Assembly: GCA_021776055.1 (NCBI GenBank)
Contig: JAJFGP010000021.1
Span: 7,520 to 71,519 of the forward strand
Source of the DNA: Kiloniellaceae bacterium
GTDB taxonomy: Bacteria > Pseudomonadota > Alphaproteobacteria > Kiloniellales > J153
Direction: 5' to 3'
Length of the DNA: 64,000 nt
Shown: positions 39,335 to 49,195 of the stretch, in pieces
Numbering within the stretch: the stretch's first letter is position 1
How the letters are laid out: the number at the start of each line of letters is the position of its first letter
Made by a program: the position numbers and the translations under genes
The notes under the pieces: model-generated
The model's input: the letters and a program-made list of their open reading frames with translations, nothing else
Database searches by the model: none
Told to the model about the DNA's origin: nothing

Positions 39335-40150
39335 ATGGTCCCGGCTGGTCTCGGTTCTCCGCTCAAAGCGGCCCCACGCATCCTGCTTTATGTCGGCTTC
39401 ACGGTCGTACTCCTGCCGGTGCAGGTGGTGGCTGTGCTTTTCCGGCTGCCGTTGCAAAAGAGTCTGCCGCTTTGGTACCACCGGCATTGTTGCCGAATTC
39501 TGGGCCTGCGGGTCGAATGCCGCGGGCAGCGCTCGACTGCGCATCCGACCCTCTATGTGTCCAACCATATTTCCTATTTCGACATCGAGGTTCTAGGCTC
39601 GCTCATTGCCGGCTCGTTTGTGGCCAAGCGCGAGGTCGCTGCCTGGCCGCTCTTCGGCTGGCTGGCGAAGCTGCAGCGCTCGGTCTTTATCGAGCGCCGT
39701 GGCCGGCAGGCCGCTACCGACCGGGACGAGATGAGCACGCGCTTAGAGGGTGGCGACGATCTGATCTTGTTTGCCGAAGGGACCAGCGGCGATGGCAATC
39801 GAGTGCTCCCCTTCAAAAGCGCGCTCTTTTCCGCCGCTCAAATTCGGCCGGGCGGCACGCCGCTGACCGTACAACCGGTCTCGATCGCCTACACGAGACT
39901 CGACGGCGTGCCTATGGGGCGCTATTTGAGGCCCTTCTTTGCCTGGTACGGGGATATGGAGCTGGCTGGCCATATGTGGCAGGCCGCCGGCCTGGGCTGG
40001 GCAACGGTGGAGGTAGAGTTTCATCCGGTGGTGACGTTCGACGCATTTGGCTCACGCAAGGCGCTGTGCGATCACTGCTTTACACAAGTTGCTGGTGCGG
40101 TCGCCGCGGCGTTGACCGGGCGGCCGCGCGCTATGTCGGCACGTAACTAG
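39335..40150 (+). CDS. olsA: Lyso-ornithine lipid / lysophospholipid O-acyltransferase (PlsC family), OlsA-like
   Basis: HX4D acyltransferase motif (VSNHISYFD) and FAEGTSGDG, located directly downstream of the olsB-like gene. Confidence 0.7.
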   Translation: MVPAGLGSPLKAAPRILLYVGFTVVLLPVQVVAVLFRLPLQKSLPLWYHRHCCRILGLRVECRGQRSTAHPTLYVSNHISYFDIEVLGSLIAGSFVAKREVAAWPLFGWLAKLQRSVFIERRGRQAATDRDEMSTRLEGGDDLILFAEGTSGDGNRVLPFKSALFSAAQIRPGGTPLTVQPVSIAYTRLDGVPMGRYLRPFFAWYGDMELAGHMWQAAGLGWATVEVEFHPVVTFDAFGSRKALCDHCFTQVAGAVAAALTGRPRAMSARN

Positions 40151-40165
40151 AAGGCTGAACGCATC

Positions 40166-41572
40166 TTGACCAAGACAGTTCATATCAAGACCTACGGCTG
40201 CCAGATGAACGAGTACGATTCGGCCCGCATGGCCGACGTGCTCGCCCCCCTCGGCTTTGCGCCGACGGCAAGTGCTGCTGGCGCCGACATGGTAATTCTC
40301 AATACCTGCCATATCCGCGAGAAGGCGGCGGAAAAGGTTTTCTCGGAGCTTGGCCGGCTGCGCGCCCTGCAGGCGGCACGGGCCCGCGACGGCGGGCGCA
40401 TGCTGGTCGCGGTCGCCGGCTGCGTCGCTCAGGCCGAGGGCGAGGAAATCCTGCGCCGGGCACCGAATGTGGACCTGGTCGTCGGCCCGCAGGCCTATCA
40501 CCGCCTGCCCGAAATGCTCGCCCGCCTGACGCGTGCCGGCGGGAGGGATGGCCGCGGCGTGCTGGATACCGAGTTTCCGATTAATACGAAGTTCGATCAT
40601 CTGCCCGAGTCGGTAACGCCGCCGGGAGCCTCCGCGTTTTTGACGGTGCAGGAAGGGTGCGACAAGTTCTGCACCTTTTGTGTTGTACCCTATACGCGCG
40701 GGGCCGAGTATTCCCGTCCGGTTGCGGATATTGTCACCGAAGCGGAGCGGCTGTGCGCCAACGGTGCGCTCGAGATCACTCTTCTAGGGCAGAATGTGAA
40801 TGCCTATCACGGGGCCGGGGTCGATGGAGATGCTTGGGGTCTCGGGCGCTTGATCCGCCGCATGGCCGAAATCCCGCGCTTGCAAAGGCTGCGCTATACC
40901 ACGTCGCACCCGCGCGACTTGGACGCGGCGCTGATCGCGGCGCACGCCGACGAGCCGAAGCTGATGCCCTATCTGCACCTGCCGGTGCAATCGGGCGCCG
41001 ATGCGATCCTCAAGGCCATGAACCGCGGCCATACGGCGGACGATTACCGGCATTTGGTGGATCGTCTGCGCCGGGCGGTGCCGGGGATTGCGTTGTCGTC
41101 GGATTTCATTGTGGGTTTTCCCGGCGAAAGCGACGAGGACTTTGCCGCGACCCTGCGCTTGGTCGGCGATATCGGCTATGCGCAGGCTTATTCCTTCATG
41201 TACAGCCCGCGCCCGGGGACCCCGGCCGCGAGCCTCGCGGCGCAGGTGCCGGATGCGCGCAAGGCCGAGCGCCTGGCCATGTTGCAAGCTTGTCTTGCCG
41301 ATCAACAGGCGGCCTTCAACGATGCCAGTATCGGACGCACGCTGCCGGTGCTTCTGGAGCGGCGCGGCCGCAAGCCGGGTCAGCTCGTCGGCCGCAGTCC
41401 TTATATGCAGGCAGTGCACGTGGCGGCGGGTGACGAGGCGCTCAACGGCATCGCCCAGGTGCGCATCGTCGGCGCCGGGCCGAACAGCTTGGCGGGCGAG
41501 TTAGCGATAGGACACGAGGCTGGCGCGACACGGCCGGCGGACCGGCACGTGGCGGCCGAGGCGTACCCGTGA
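40166..41572 (+). CDS. miaB: tRNA-2-methylthio-N6-dimethylallyladenosine synthase MiaB
   Basis: UPF0004 N-domain ([12 protein letters not shown]), radical-SAM CxxxCxxC ([15 protein letters not shown]), and a TRAM domain. TTG start. Confidence 0.95.
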   Translation: MTKTVHIKTYGCQMNEYDSARMADVLAPLGFAPTASAAGADMVILNTCHIREKAAEKVFSELGRLRALQAARARDGGRMLVAVAGCVAQAEGEEILRRAPNVDLVVGPQAYHRLPEMLARLTRAGGRDGRGVLDTEFPINTKFDHLPESVTPPGASAFLTVQEGCDKFCTFCVVPYTRGAEYSRPVADIVTEAERLCANGALEITLLGQNVNAYHGAGVDGDAWGLGRLIRRMAEIPRLQRLRYTTSHPRDLDAALIAAHADEPKLMPYLHLPVQSGADAILKAMNRGHTADDYRHLVDRLRRAVPGIALSSDFIVGFPGESDEDFAATLRLVGDIGYAQAYSFMYSPRPGTPAASLAAQVPDARKAERLAMLQACLADQQAAFNDASIGRTLPVLLERRGRKPGQLVGRSPYMQAVHVAAGDEALNGIAQVRIVGAGPNSLAGELAIGHEAGATRPADRHVAAEAYP

Positions 41573-42669
41573 GCCCGCCGAACAAGCGCGGCGCCGCAAA
41601 AGGTTCCGCGGGACGCTCCCCGGCGCCAGCTGCCCCGGCGGCGCTTCTGCAGTTCGACGACAACTCTCTCTTGCCTTTGCTTTATGGCGAGCACGATCAG
41701 CATCTCGCGCGCGTTGAACAACAGTTGGGCGTGCGCGTGGCGGCGCGCGGCAACCGCTTGGAAATCTCCGGCCCGGTCGAGGCGGCGCGTATCGCCGAGG
41801 CGGCGCTGAAGGCGCTCTATGCGCGCTTGCGCAAGAAATTGGAGGTCGGCGGGGCCGAGGTGGATGCCGCGATGCGCATGGCCCAGAGCCCGGCCGATAG
41901 TGGTCCCGATGGCCCCGGCCCCAATGTTCCCGGCCCCGATGTTCCCGGCCCCAATGTTCCCGGATTGGCGGATATGCATGCCGAGGACATGACGATCCGC
42001 ACGCGCAAGCGGCACATCTCGCCGCGGTCGCTAAATCAGGCCGCCTATCTGCGGGCGTTGCGGAGCCACGAACTGGTCTTCGCCCTCGGTCCGGCGGGTA
42101 CGGGCAAGACCTATCTGGCGGTCGCCATGGCGGTATCCCTGATGATTGAGGGCAAGGTCGACCGGATTGTCCTCTCTCGCCCGGCGGTGGAGGCCGGAGA
42201 ACGCTTGGGTTTCCTGCCCGGCGATCTGCGGGAGAAGGTGGACCCGTACCTGCGGCCGCTCTACGATGCGCTTTACGATATGCTGCCCGCCGAACAGGTG
42301 GTGAGCCGACTTGAGAACGGCGAGATCGAGGTGGCGCCCCTGGCCTTCATGCGTGGGCGGACCCTGAGCAACTCGTTTGTGATCCTCGACGAGGCGCAGA
42401 ACTCCACGCCGGTGCAGATGAAGATGTTTTTAACCCGTTTGGGCGAAAACAGTCGTATGGCGGTAACCGGTGATCTTTCTCAGGTGGACCTGCCGGCGGG
42501 TCAACCCTCCGGCCTGCAAGATGCCGTCGACTTGCTCGCGGATATAGACAATATCGCGCTGGTGCAGTTCACCAAAGTCGATGTCATGCGCCATTCCTTG
42601 GTCACTCGTATTGTAAGTGCTTATGAAGCGCGGGAAAACGGCGGCAAGGACGGGCAGTCGCCGGGATGA
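41569..42669 (+). CDS. ybeZ: PhoH-family ATPase (YbeZ)
   Basis: Walker [13 protein letters not shown] and FVILDEAQN, with the conserved miaB-phoH-ybeY-corC-lnt context. It carries an inserted pentapeptide repeat. Confidence 0.92.
   Translation: MSPPNKRGAAKGSAGRSPAPAAPAALLQFDDNSLLPLLYGEHDQHLARVEQQLGVRVAARGNRLEISGPVEAARIAEAALKALYARLRKKLEVGGAEVDAAMRMAQSPADSGPDGPGPNVPGPDVPGPNVPGLADMHAEDMTIRTRKRHISPRSLNQAAYLRALRSHELVFALGPAGTGKTYLAVAMAVSLMIEGKVDRIVLSRPAVEAGERLGFLPGDLREKVDPYLRPLYDALYDMLPAEQVVSRLENGEIEVAPLAFMRGRTLSNSFVILDEAQNSTPVQMKMFLTRLGENSRMAVTGDLSQVDLPAGQPSGLQDAVDLLADIDNIALVQFTKVDVMRHSLVTRIVSAYEARENGGKDGQSPG
41902..41961 (+). repeat. In-frame 15-nt tandem repeat (ggccccRatgttccc x3, preceded by a degenerate unit) encoding [20 protein letters not shown] inside phoH
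   Basis: Direct reading of units at 41917-41931, 41932-41946 and 41947-41961. Confidence 0.9.
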
Positions 42670-43256
42670 TTTTGCGCCACAACGACGTTGCGGGACAGGG
42701 CGAGACCGGCGCAGAATGCCATGATGTGTCAGCCGACATGAGCGACGACCCTGACAGTACCAGCGCCGGTCCCATGGTTGCCGTGGATGTGCGCGCCTCG
42801 GACTGGCAGGGCGACGTGCCTGATATAGAGGCGAACGTGCGCCGGGCAGTATGCTCTGCGATAGCCGCCGGGGTTGCCAATGTAGAAGGGATCGAGGTCA
42901 GCATCGTCCTGGCCGACGATGCCACCGTGCGGGCGCTCAACCGGGACTACCGCGATCGCGATGCGCCGACAAACGTGCTCGCCTTTCCGCAAGAGGTGGC
43001 GGCACCCGAACAGGCAGCCGGTCCGCTGCTTCTCGGCGATGTGATCCTGGCCTACGAGACCGTGCGGCGGGAGGCGGTGGCGCAGGGCAAGACACTGAGC
43101 GACCACGCCTGCCATCTTGTGGTCCATGGTCTATTGCACCTTTGCGGCTTCGATCATCATACGGAGGCTTCGGCTACCGATATGGAGCGGCGCGAGATAG
43201 CCATCCTGGCCGCTCTCGGGATTGCCGATCCCTATGTTGAAAGGCGCGCGCTATGA
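42666..43256 (+). CDS. ybeY: rRNA maturation endoribonuclease YbeY
   Basis: Zinc motif HLVVHGLLHLCGFDH. ATG 42666 overlaps the phoH stop (ATGA). A later start (ATG 42738) would give a more typical length. Confidence 0.88.
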   Translation: MILRHNDVAGQGETGAECHDVSADMSDDPDSTSAGPMVAVDVRASDWQGDVPDIEANVRRAVCSAIAAGVANVEGIEVSIVLADDATVRALNRDYRDRDAPTNVLAFPQEVAAPEQAAGPLLLGDVILAYETVRREAVAQGKTLSDHACHLVVHGLLHLCGFDHHTEASATDMERREIAILAALGIADPYVERRAL

Positions 43257-44185
43257 GCGAAGCCTCGAATAGCGGTAGCCCGGCGCACGGCGGCACATCG
43301 CCGCTGTCGGCCCTATGGCAACGGTTGCGCGCCCGTCTGCGCGGCCGCAACGGCGACTCGCAGCTGCGCGATTCCATCGAGGCGATCATCGATGAAATCG
43401 AGGAAGCGGTTCCCGATGACGCGGTGGCAACGCCCATCGGCGGCCACGAGCGGGTGCTCCTGGGCAACATTCTCAAGCTGCGGCATCTTACCGCCTATGA
43501 CGTGATGGTCCCGCGTGCGGACATCGTTTCCGTCCACATCAAATCGGGTCTGGATGATCTGATCGGCATGATGAGCAAGGCCGGCCACTCGCGCTTTCCG
43601 GTTTATCGCGAGAGCCTGGATGATGTGGCGGGTATCGTCCATATCAAGGATGTGCTCAAATACGGCGAGGCCAAGGAAACTTTCGATCTCTCCAAGATCG
43701 TGCGCACGGTGCTGATCGCCGCGCCGGCCATGCGTGTGTTGGATCTCCTGCTGGAGATGCGCCTCTCGCGGGTGCACATGGCCATGGTGGTGGACGAGTT
43801 TGGCGGCATCGACGGGCTGGTCACCATCGAAGATCTGGTCGAGGAAATCGTCGGCGAGATCGAGGACGAGCACGACGTGGCCGAGGGACCGAAGCTGATC
43901 GAACGGCCCGACGGCGCCTTGATCGCCGATGCGCGGGCGACCGTCGAGGAATTCGAGGCGATGGCCGGATTGGTGCTCTCCGTGGAGGAGCGGGAAGAGG
44001 ACATCGATACTCTCGGGGGTTTGATCTTTTATTTGGCGGACCGGGTGCCGACGCGCGGCGAGTTGATCGTTCATCCGGCCAGCGGCATCAGCTTCGAGGT
44101 CATGGAAGCCGACCCGCGCAGGGTCAAACGCCTGCGGGTCCGCAATTTGCCAACCAAGCCGACGGTCCCCAGCGGCGGTGTCTGA
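43253..44185 (+). CDS. corC: CBS-pair/CorC_HlyC domain protein (CorC/YbeX, hemolysin C-like)
   Basis: CBS pair (VMVPRADIV...HSRFPVY...IVHIKD) followed by the transporter-associated CorC_HlyC domain, in the ybeZYX-lnt context. Confidence 0.88.
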   Translation: MSEASNSGSPAHGGTSPLSALWQRLRARLRGRNGDSQLRDSIEAIIDEIEEAVPDDAVATPIGGHERVLLGNILKLRHLTAYDVMVPRADIVSVHIKSGLDDLIGMMSKAGHSRFPVYRESLDDVAGIVHIKDVLKYGEAKETFDLSKIVRTVLIAAPAMRVLDLLLEMRLSRVHMAMVVDEFGGIDGLVTIEDLVEEIVGEIEDEHDVAEGPKLIERPDGALIADARATVEEFEAMAGLVLSVEEREEDIDTLGGLIFYLADRVPTRGELIVHPASGISFEVMEADPRRVKRLRVRNLPTKPTVPSGGV

Positions 44186-45764
44186 TCCAGGCGTAGTCCC
44201 GGCTGCCCTCCCGCGCCTGGCCGCACTGGCCCGTGGTTTTGCCGGGTTATCCGGCTGGCGCCGGCATGGGGTTGCGGCCTTGTGCGGTGTTGCCGCCGCG
44301 GCGGCCCTGCCGCCTCTCAACCTGGTGCCATTGCTCATTCCAGCTTTCGTGGGGTTGCTCTGGTTGCTTGATGGTGTTCGGGGGGGTGCCCGGGGGCGGT
44401 CCCGGCAAGCGGCGCTCATTGGCTGGAGTTTCGGCTTCGGCCACATGGCGGCGGGCCTCTATTGGGTGGGGATTGCCTTCCTCGTCGATGCGGCGCGCTT
44501 TGGCTGGGTCATGCCCTTCGCCGTTGCCGGATTGGCCGCGGGTATGGCTATCTTCCCGGCTCTCGCGGTATCCGCCGTGGCGGCGACCGGCTGGCGTGGG
44601 CCGGCGCGGGTGGCACTGTTGGCTACGGCCTGGTTGCTGGTGGAATGGCTGCGTTCGTGGATTTTCACCGGTTTTCCCTGGAATCTCATCGGTACGGTCT
44701 GGGATTTTTCTCCGGCCATGCTGCAACTCGCTGCCGCCACCGGTGTTTGGGGGGTGTCCTGGCTGACGGTCCTGGCGGCGGCGGCACCGGCGGTGCTGGT
44801 GGAGCCGCGTCGCCGCACGTTCGTCATTTCCGCATTCGTGCTTGTCGGCCTGGTCTGGGCCGGTGGTGCTTGGCGCCTGGCGGCGGCGCCGGCACTCGGG
44901 ACAGCGGTCGTGCCGGATGTGCGCTTGCGTTTGGTGCAGGCGAGCATCCCGCAAGCGTTGAAATGGTTGCCGGCGAAGCGCCGCCAGAATGTGGACGAAC
45001 AGCGTCAGCTTTCGCAGCGCCCCGGGACGGCGCCGATAACGCATATCATCTGGCCGGAAACGGCGGTGCCATACCTGCTCGATGAGGACCCCGATTTGCG
45101 CCGTATCCTTGCCGAGCTTGTGCCGCCGGACGGATTGCTTATCACCGGCGCCCCGCGCGCGAACGAAGATGCCGGGTTCCGATTGTGGAACAGCCTGCAA
45201 GCTCTTGATGGGCGCGGTGAAATCGTTGCGACGTACGATAAGCATCATTTGGTGCCCTTCGGCGAGTACACGCCGTTGCGCGGCCTGCTTGGAGCGATGA
45301 AGCTAACCGTCGGCTCAACCGACTTTAGCGCCGGGCCCGGTCCGGCGACCTTGGCGCTGCCCGGCTTGCCCGCCGCTAGCCCGTTGATCTGTTACGAGGC
45401 GATTTTTCCCGGTCGGGTGGTAGCACCAGGCGACCGGCCCGGATGGCTGCTCAATATCACGAATGATGGGTGGTTCGGGAATAGCTCGGGACCTTATCAA
45501 CATTTTGCTTCCGCGCGTCTGCGCGCCGTTGAGGAGGGCTTGCCACTTATCCGAGCAGCTAACTCGGGTATCTCCGCCGTGGTGGACCCTTATGGCCGCG
45601 TCATAGGCCGCCTCGCGCTCAACCAAATCGGCGTTTTGGACGCATCCCTGCCCTTGCCGATCACCGGAGGAACCCTGTATGCACGACTTGGCAACTGGGT
45701 CGTCGGGTTCCTCGCCTTCATCTCTCTCTCTTACACTTTGATATTGCGTAGATTTTGCCCTTAA
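44178..45764 (+). CDS. lnt: Apolipoprotein N-acyltransferase
   Basis: Multi-TM N-terminal half plus a C-terminal nitrilase-fold domain (ICYEAIFPG catalytic Cys region; NITNDGWFG). Confidence 0.93.
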   Translation: MSDPGVVPAALPRLAALARGFAGLSGWRRHGVAALCGVAAAAALPPLNLVPLLIPAFVGLLWLLDGVRGGARGRSRQAALIGWSFGFGHMAAGLYWVGIAFLVDAARFGWVMPFAVAGLAAGMAIFPALAVSAVAATGWRGPARVALLATAWLLVEWLRSWIFTGFPWNLIGTVWDFSPAMLQLAAATGVWGVSWLTVLAAAAPAVLVEPRRRTFVISAFVLVGLVWAGGAWRLAAAPALGTAVVPDVRLRLVQASIPQALKWLPAKRRQNVDEQRQLSQRPGTAPITHIIWPETAVPYLLDEDPDLRRILAELVPPDGLLITGAPRANEDAGFRLWNSLQALDGRGEIVATYDKHHLVPFGEYTPLRGLLGAMKLTVGSTDFSAGPGPATLALPGLPAASPLICYEAIFPGRVVAPGDRPGWLLNITNDGWFGNSSGPYQHFASARLRAVEEGLPLIRAANSGISAVVDPYGRVIGRLALNQIGVLDASLPLPITGGTLYARLGNWVVGFLAFISLSYTLILRRFCP

Positions 45765-45808
45765 GTTAATAACGCTTTGGGCCCCGTACGTAATTCGCGT
45801 TGACGCCA

Positions 45809-45836
45809 TGCAGAGGTATGCTTACGTATCTCTGCA
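45809..45836. promoter_or_regulatory. Near-perfect 10-bp inverted repeat (TGCAGAGGTA-N8-TATCTCTGCA) upstream of the XRE regulator gene; candidate operator or 5'-UTR hairpin
   Basis: Read directly from sequence. It is embedded in a locally AT-richer spacer that also carries two TACGTA palindromes (45787-45792 and 45823-45828) and a TTGACG hexamer (45800-45805). Confidence 0.4.
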
Positions 45837-45868
45837 AATGGGAGAGTTATGTGAAGGAAAATACAACT

Positions 45869-46330
45869 ATGGGACGTGGAGGTGAGGCGCCGCATGGACG
45901 TGGCACTGGCAAACCGAATCCAGTCGATATACACGTCGGCGCTCGGGTAAGACTACGCCGAACGCTTCTTGGTATGAGCCAGGAAAAGCTGGGCGAGGCG
46001 ATTGGTCTGACCTTCCAGCAGGTGCAGAAATACGAACGAGGGGCCAATCGAATCGGGTCTAGCCGACTCTACGATTTGTCCCGTGTTCTCGACGTGCCGG
46101 TTAGTTTCTTCTTTGATGACATGCCCGCGGGGGTCGCCAGCAGTTCGCCGGCCCAACGCCGCGGCATGGCCGAGGAACCGGCCAGCTATGAGCGTGATCC
46201 CATGGCCAAGCGGGAGACGCTGGAGTTGGTCCGCGCTTACTACAAAATTACCGACCCGCAGCTACGTAAGCGCCTCTTCGAGATGACCAAGGCGCTCGGG
46301 GCCTCCTCGCTGAAAGAGGAAGAGGCCTAA
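45869..46330 (+). CDS. XRE-family helix-turn-helix transcriptional regulator
   Basis: The HTH_3 core is VGARVRLRRTLLGMSQEKLGEAIGLTFQQVQKYERGANRIGSSRLYDL. An alternative in-frame GTG start lies at 45851. Confidence 0.85.
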   Translation: MGRGGEAPHGRGTGKPNPVDIHVGARVRLRRTLLGMSQEKLGEAIGLTFQQVQKYERGANRIGSSRLYDLSRVLDVPVSFFFDDMPAGVASSSPAQRRGMAEEPASYERDPMAKRETLELVRAYYKITDPQLRKRLFEMTKALGASSLKEEEA

Positions 46331-46431
46331 CGAAGCCCATAGCTCCCCAGCGGGCCCCAAGGCGGGCTCCGTTGCGGGTGCCGATCAGACAATCTTCTTG
46401 ACGGTCAATTTTTGAGCGTTACAACAGCGGG

Positions 46432-46460
46432 CGCGGCTGATTGGTTCCAGCCGCGTTTTT
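46432..46460 (+). terminator. Canonical intrinsic terminator hairpin in the XRE-metK spacer (metK leader)
   Basis: 8-bp GC-rich stem CGCGGCTG / CAGCCGCG (46432-46439 and 46448-46455), an 8-nt loop, then TTTTT (46456-46460). Confidence 0.7.
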
Positions 46461-46518
46461 GCTGTGCCGCACTATACCCATGCGGCCATGAAATTTTCCG
46501 ACTAGGGGGAGCTTGAGA

Positions 46519-47691
<1,173 letters not shown>

Positions 47692-47696
47692 ACCCC

Positions 47697-48431
47697 ATGG
47701 CCGGGCGCCCCCGGTTAGAGACCCCGCCGCGCCGCCCCTTTCACGGCCGCCGGCACGGCCGCCAATTGCGCGGCGGGCTGAAGGCCCTCCTGCAGGATTT
47801 GCTGCCTCGGCTTTCGGTTGCCTTGCCCCAAGATGGCGGGATGCCGCTCGATCCGGGTGGCCTCTTTCCACCGCCGGCGGCCGGTGGCCGACGTCCCGTC
47901 TGGTTGGAAATCGGTTTCGGTGCCGGCGAGCATTTGGCTTGCCAGGCGCGGGCTCATCCGGATGTGGGCATGCTTGGGGCGGAGTTCTTCGTCAACGGTA
48001 TCGCTCAGTTTTTGCGCCGGATCGACGACGAGCACCTGGATGCCGTGCGTATTTTCCAGGGCGATGCCCGTGATTTGCTTGAGGCATTGCCTGCCGCCAG
48101 CATCGATCGGGCATTTGTTCTTTTTCCCGATCCCTGGCCCAAGGCGCGTCACCACAAGCGCCGGTTGATCCAGCGGGACACCCTGGATCATCTCGCGCGC
48201 ATCCTGCGCGACGGGGCGGAGTTGCGCCTGGCCACCGACGATATGCTTTATGCACGGTGGATGCTGGAGCGACTGGTTGGGCACCCGGATTTCGTCTGGC
48301 TGGCGGAAGGCCCGGACGATTGGCGGCAACGGCTCGCCGACTGGCCGCCGACACGCTATGAGGCCAAGGCGAAGGCTAGCGGCCGGCCCCCGGTCTATCT
48401 GCGATTTGCCCGACGAGAGCGCCCTATATGA
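47697..48431 (+). CDS. trmB: tRNA (guanine-N7)-methyltransferase
   Basis: SAM-binding region WLEIGFGAGEHL and FPDPWPKARHHKRR, which is the TrmB signature. Confidence 0.92.
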   Translation: MAGRPRLETPPRRPFHGRRHGRQLRGGLKALLQDLLPRLSVALPQDGGMPLDPGGLFPPPAAGGRRPVWLEIGFGAGEHLACQARAHPDVGMLGAEFFVNGIAQFLRRIDDEHLDAVRIFQGDARDLLEALPAASIDRAFVLFPDPWPKARHHKRRLIQRDTLDHLARILRDGAELRLATDDMLYARWMLERLVGHPDFVWLAEGPDDWRQRLADWPPTRYEAKAKASGRPPVYLRFARRERPI

Positions 48432-48498
48432 GGCACCCGGGGGGCGGGAGAAAGCCCTTGCGGGGTGCCGTCCTCCGGCGCTAGATTGCGCCAACTAA

Positions 48499-48536
48499 CT
48501 TAAGGTGACACGGGATCGAGCTTAAGACTCGTGTCA
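48499..48536 (+). promoter_or_regulatory. Pseudoknot-capable structured element in the trmB-rimP spacer (function unknown)
   Basis: Two interleaved helices: CTTAAG(48499-48504):CTTAAG(48521-48526), and TGACACG(48506-48512):CGTGTCA(48530-48536). Confidence 0.35.
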
Positions 48537-48549
48537 GGTCGCCGAAACG

Positions 48550-48577
48550 GTGGGCCTCCGGCCCACTTTTTTATTTT
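48550..48577 (+). terminator. Canonical intrinsic terminator 42 nt upstream of the rimP start
   Basis: GTGGGCC-TCC-GGCCCAC stem-loop (48550-48566) followed by TTTTTTATTTT (48567-48577). Confidence 0.8.
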
Positions 48578-48619
48578 GCGGCCAGGATTGATTTACGGAT
48601 GTGACGGAGAGGCGGCAGT

Positions 48620-49195
48620 TTGCCCGAAGCCAGCGAAGCGGTCGCGCCGGCCCCTGCCTTGAGCGGTGATGGCAAGGCGGTGGCCATCGAACGGCTGATT
48701 ACCCCCAGCGCCGAGGCGATGGGCTTTGAGATTGTTCGCGTTCTGCTGACCGGCACCCAGCGCCCACGCTTGCAGATCATGGCAGAGCGCGCCGATGGGG
48801 GCGGCATGATCGTGAACGATTGCGCGCGGCTAAGCCGGGCGGTAAGCGCGATTCTCGATGTGGAGGATCCCATTGCCGGGGCCTATGAGCTGGAGGTTAG
48901 CTCGCCGGGCATTGACCGGCCGTTGACCCGCCTGGCGGATTTCGCCCGCTTTGCCGGCTTTGACGCGAAGCTGGAGTCGATGCGGGCGGATACCAAGGGA
49001 CGCCGCCGCTGGACCGGGCGCCTGCTGGGTCTCGATGGCGAGATCGTGCGCCTGTCGACCGAGGATGGCGAGGTGGCCGTGCCTTTTACCAGCTTGACCA
49101 AAGCGAAACTGGTGCTAACCGACGAATTGATCGCCGCCGCTCAGAACGGGCGGTATCCCGCGACCCAAAAGCCCGAGAACCGAGAGACCGAGTGA
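48620..49195 (+). CDS. rimP: Ribosome maturation factor RimP
   Basis: GFEIVRV...ERADGGGMIVNDCARLSRAVSAILDVEDPI..AYELEVSSPGIDRPL is the RimP signature. TTG start with GGAGAGG 7 nt upstream. It precedes nusA. Confidence 0.92.
   Translation: MPEASEAVAPAPALSGDGKAVAIERLITPSAEAMGFEIVRVLLTGTQRPRLQIMAERADGGGMIVNDCARLSRAVSAILDVEDPIAGAYELEVSSPGIDRPLTRLADFARFAGFDAKLESMRADTKGRRRWTGRLLGLDGEIVRLSTEDGEVAVPFTSLTKAKLVLTDELIAAAQNGRYPATQKPENRETE

Noticed and set aside
41902-41961. The short direct-repeat arrays here, at 28330-28389 and at 1023-1052, considered as possible CRISPR-like or intergenic repeat elements.
   Set aside because: The units are 15 nt, contiguous with no spacers, in frame, and inside conserved coding sequences. 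They are coding tandem repeats, not CRISPR or REP elements.
46380-46512. A SAM-II / SAM-V / SAM-SAH riboswitch upstream of metK.
   Set aside because: I could not find the conserved 3' AAAGCU pseudoknot strand, a U-rich triplex loop, or a SAM/SAH-like core by eye. I therefore report only the terminator hairpin and leave the riboswitch question open for an Infernal search.
48530-48550. GTCAGGTC, reminiscent of the start of the SRP (4.5S) RNA conserved domain.
   Set aside because: The essential following GGAAGGAAGCAGC-type core is absent, and the element is too short for 4.5S RNA.
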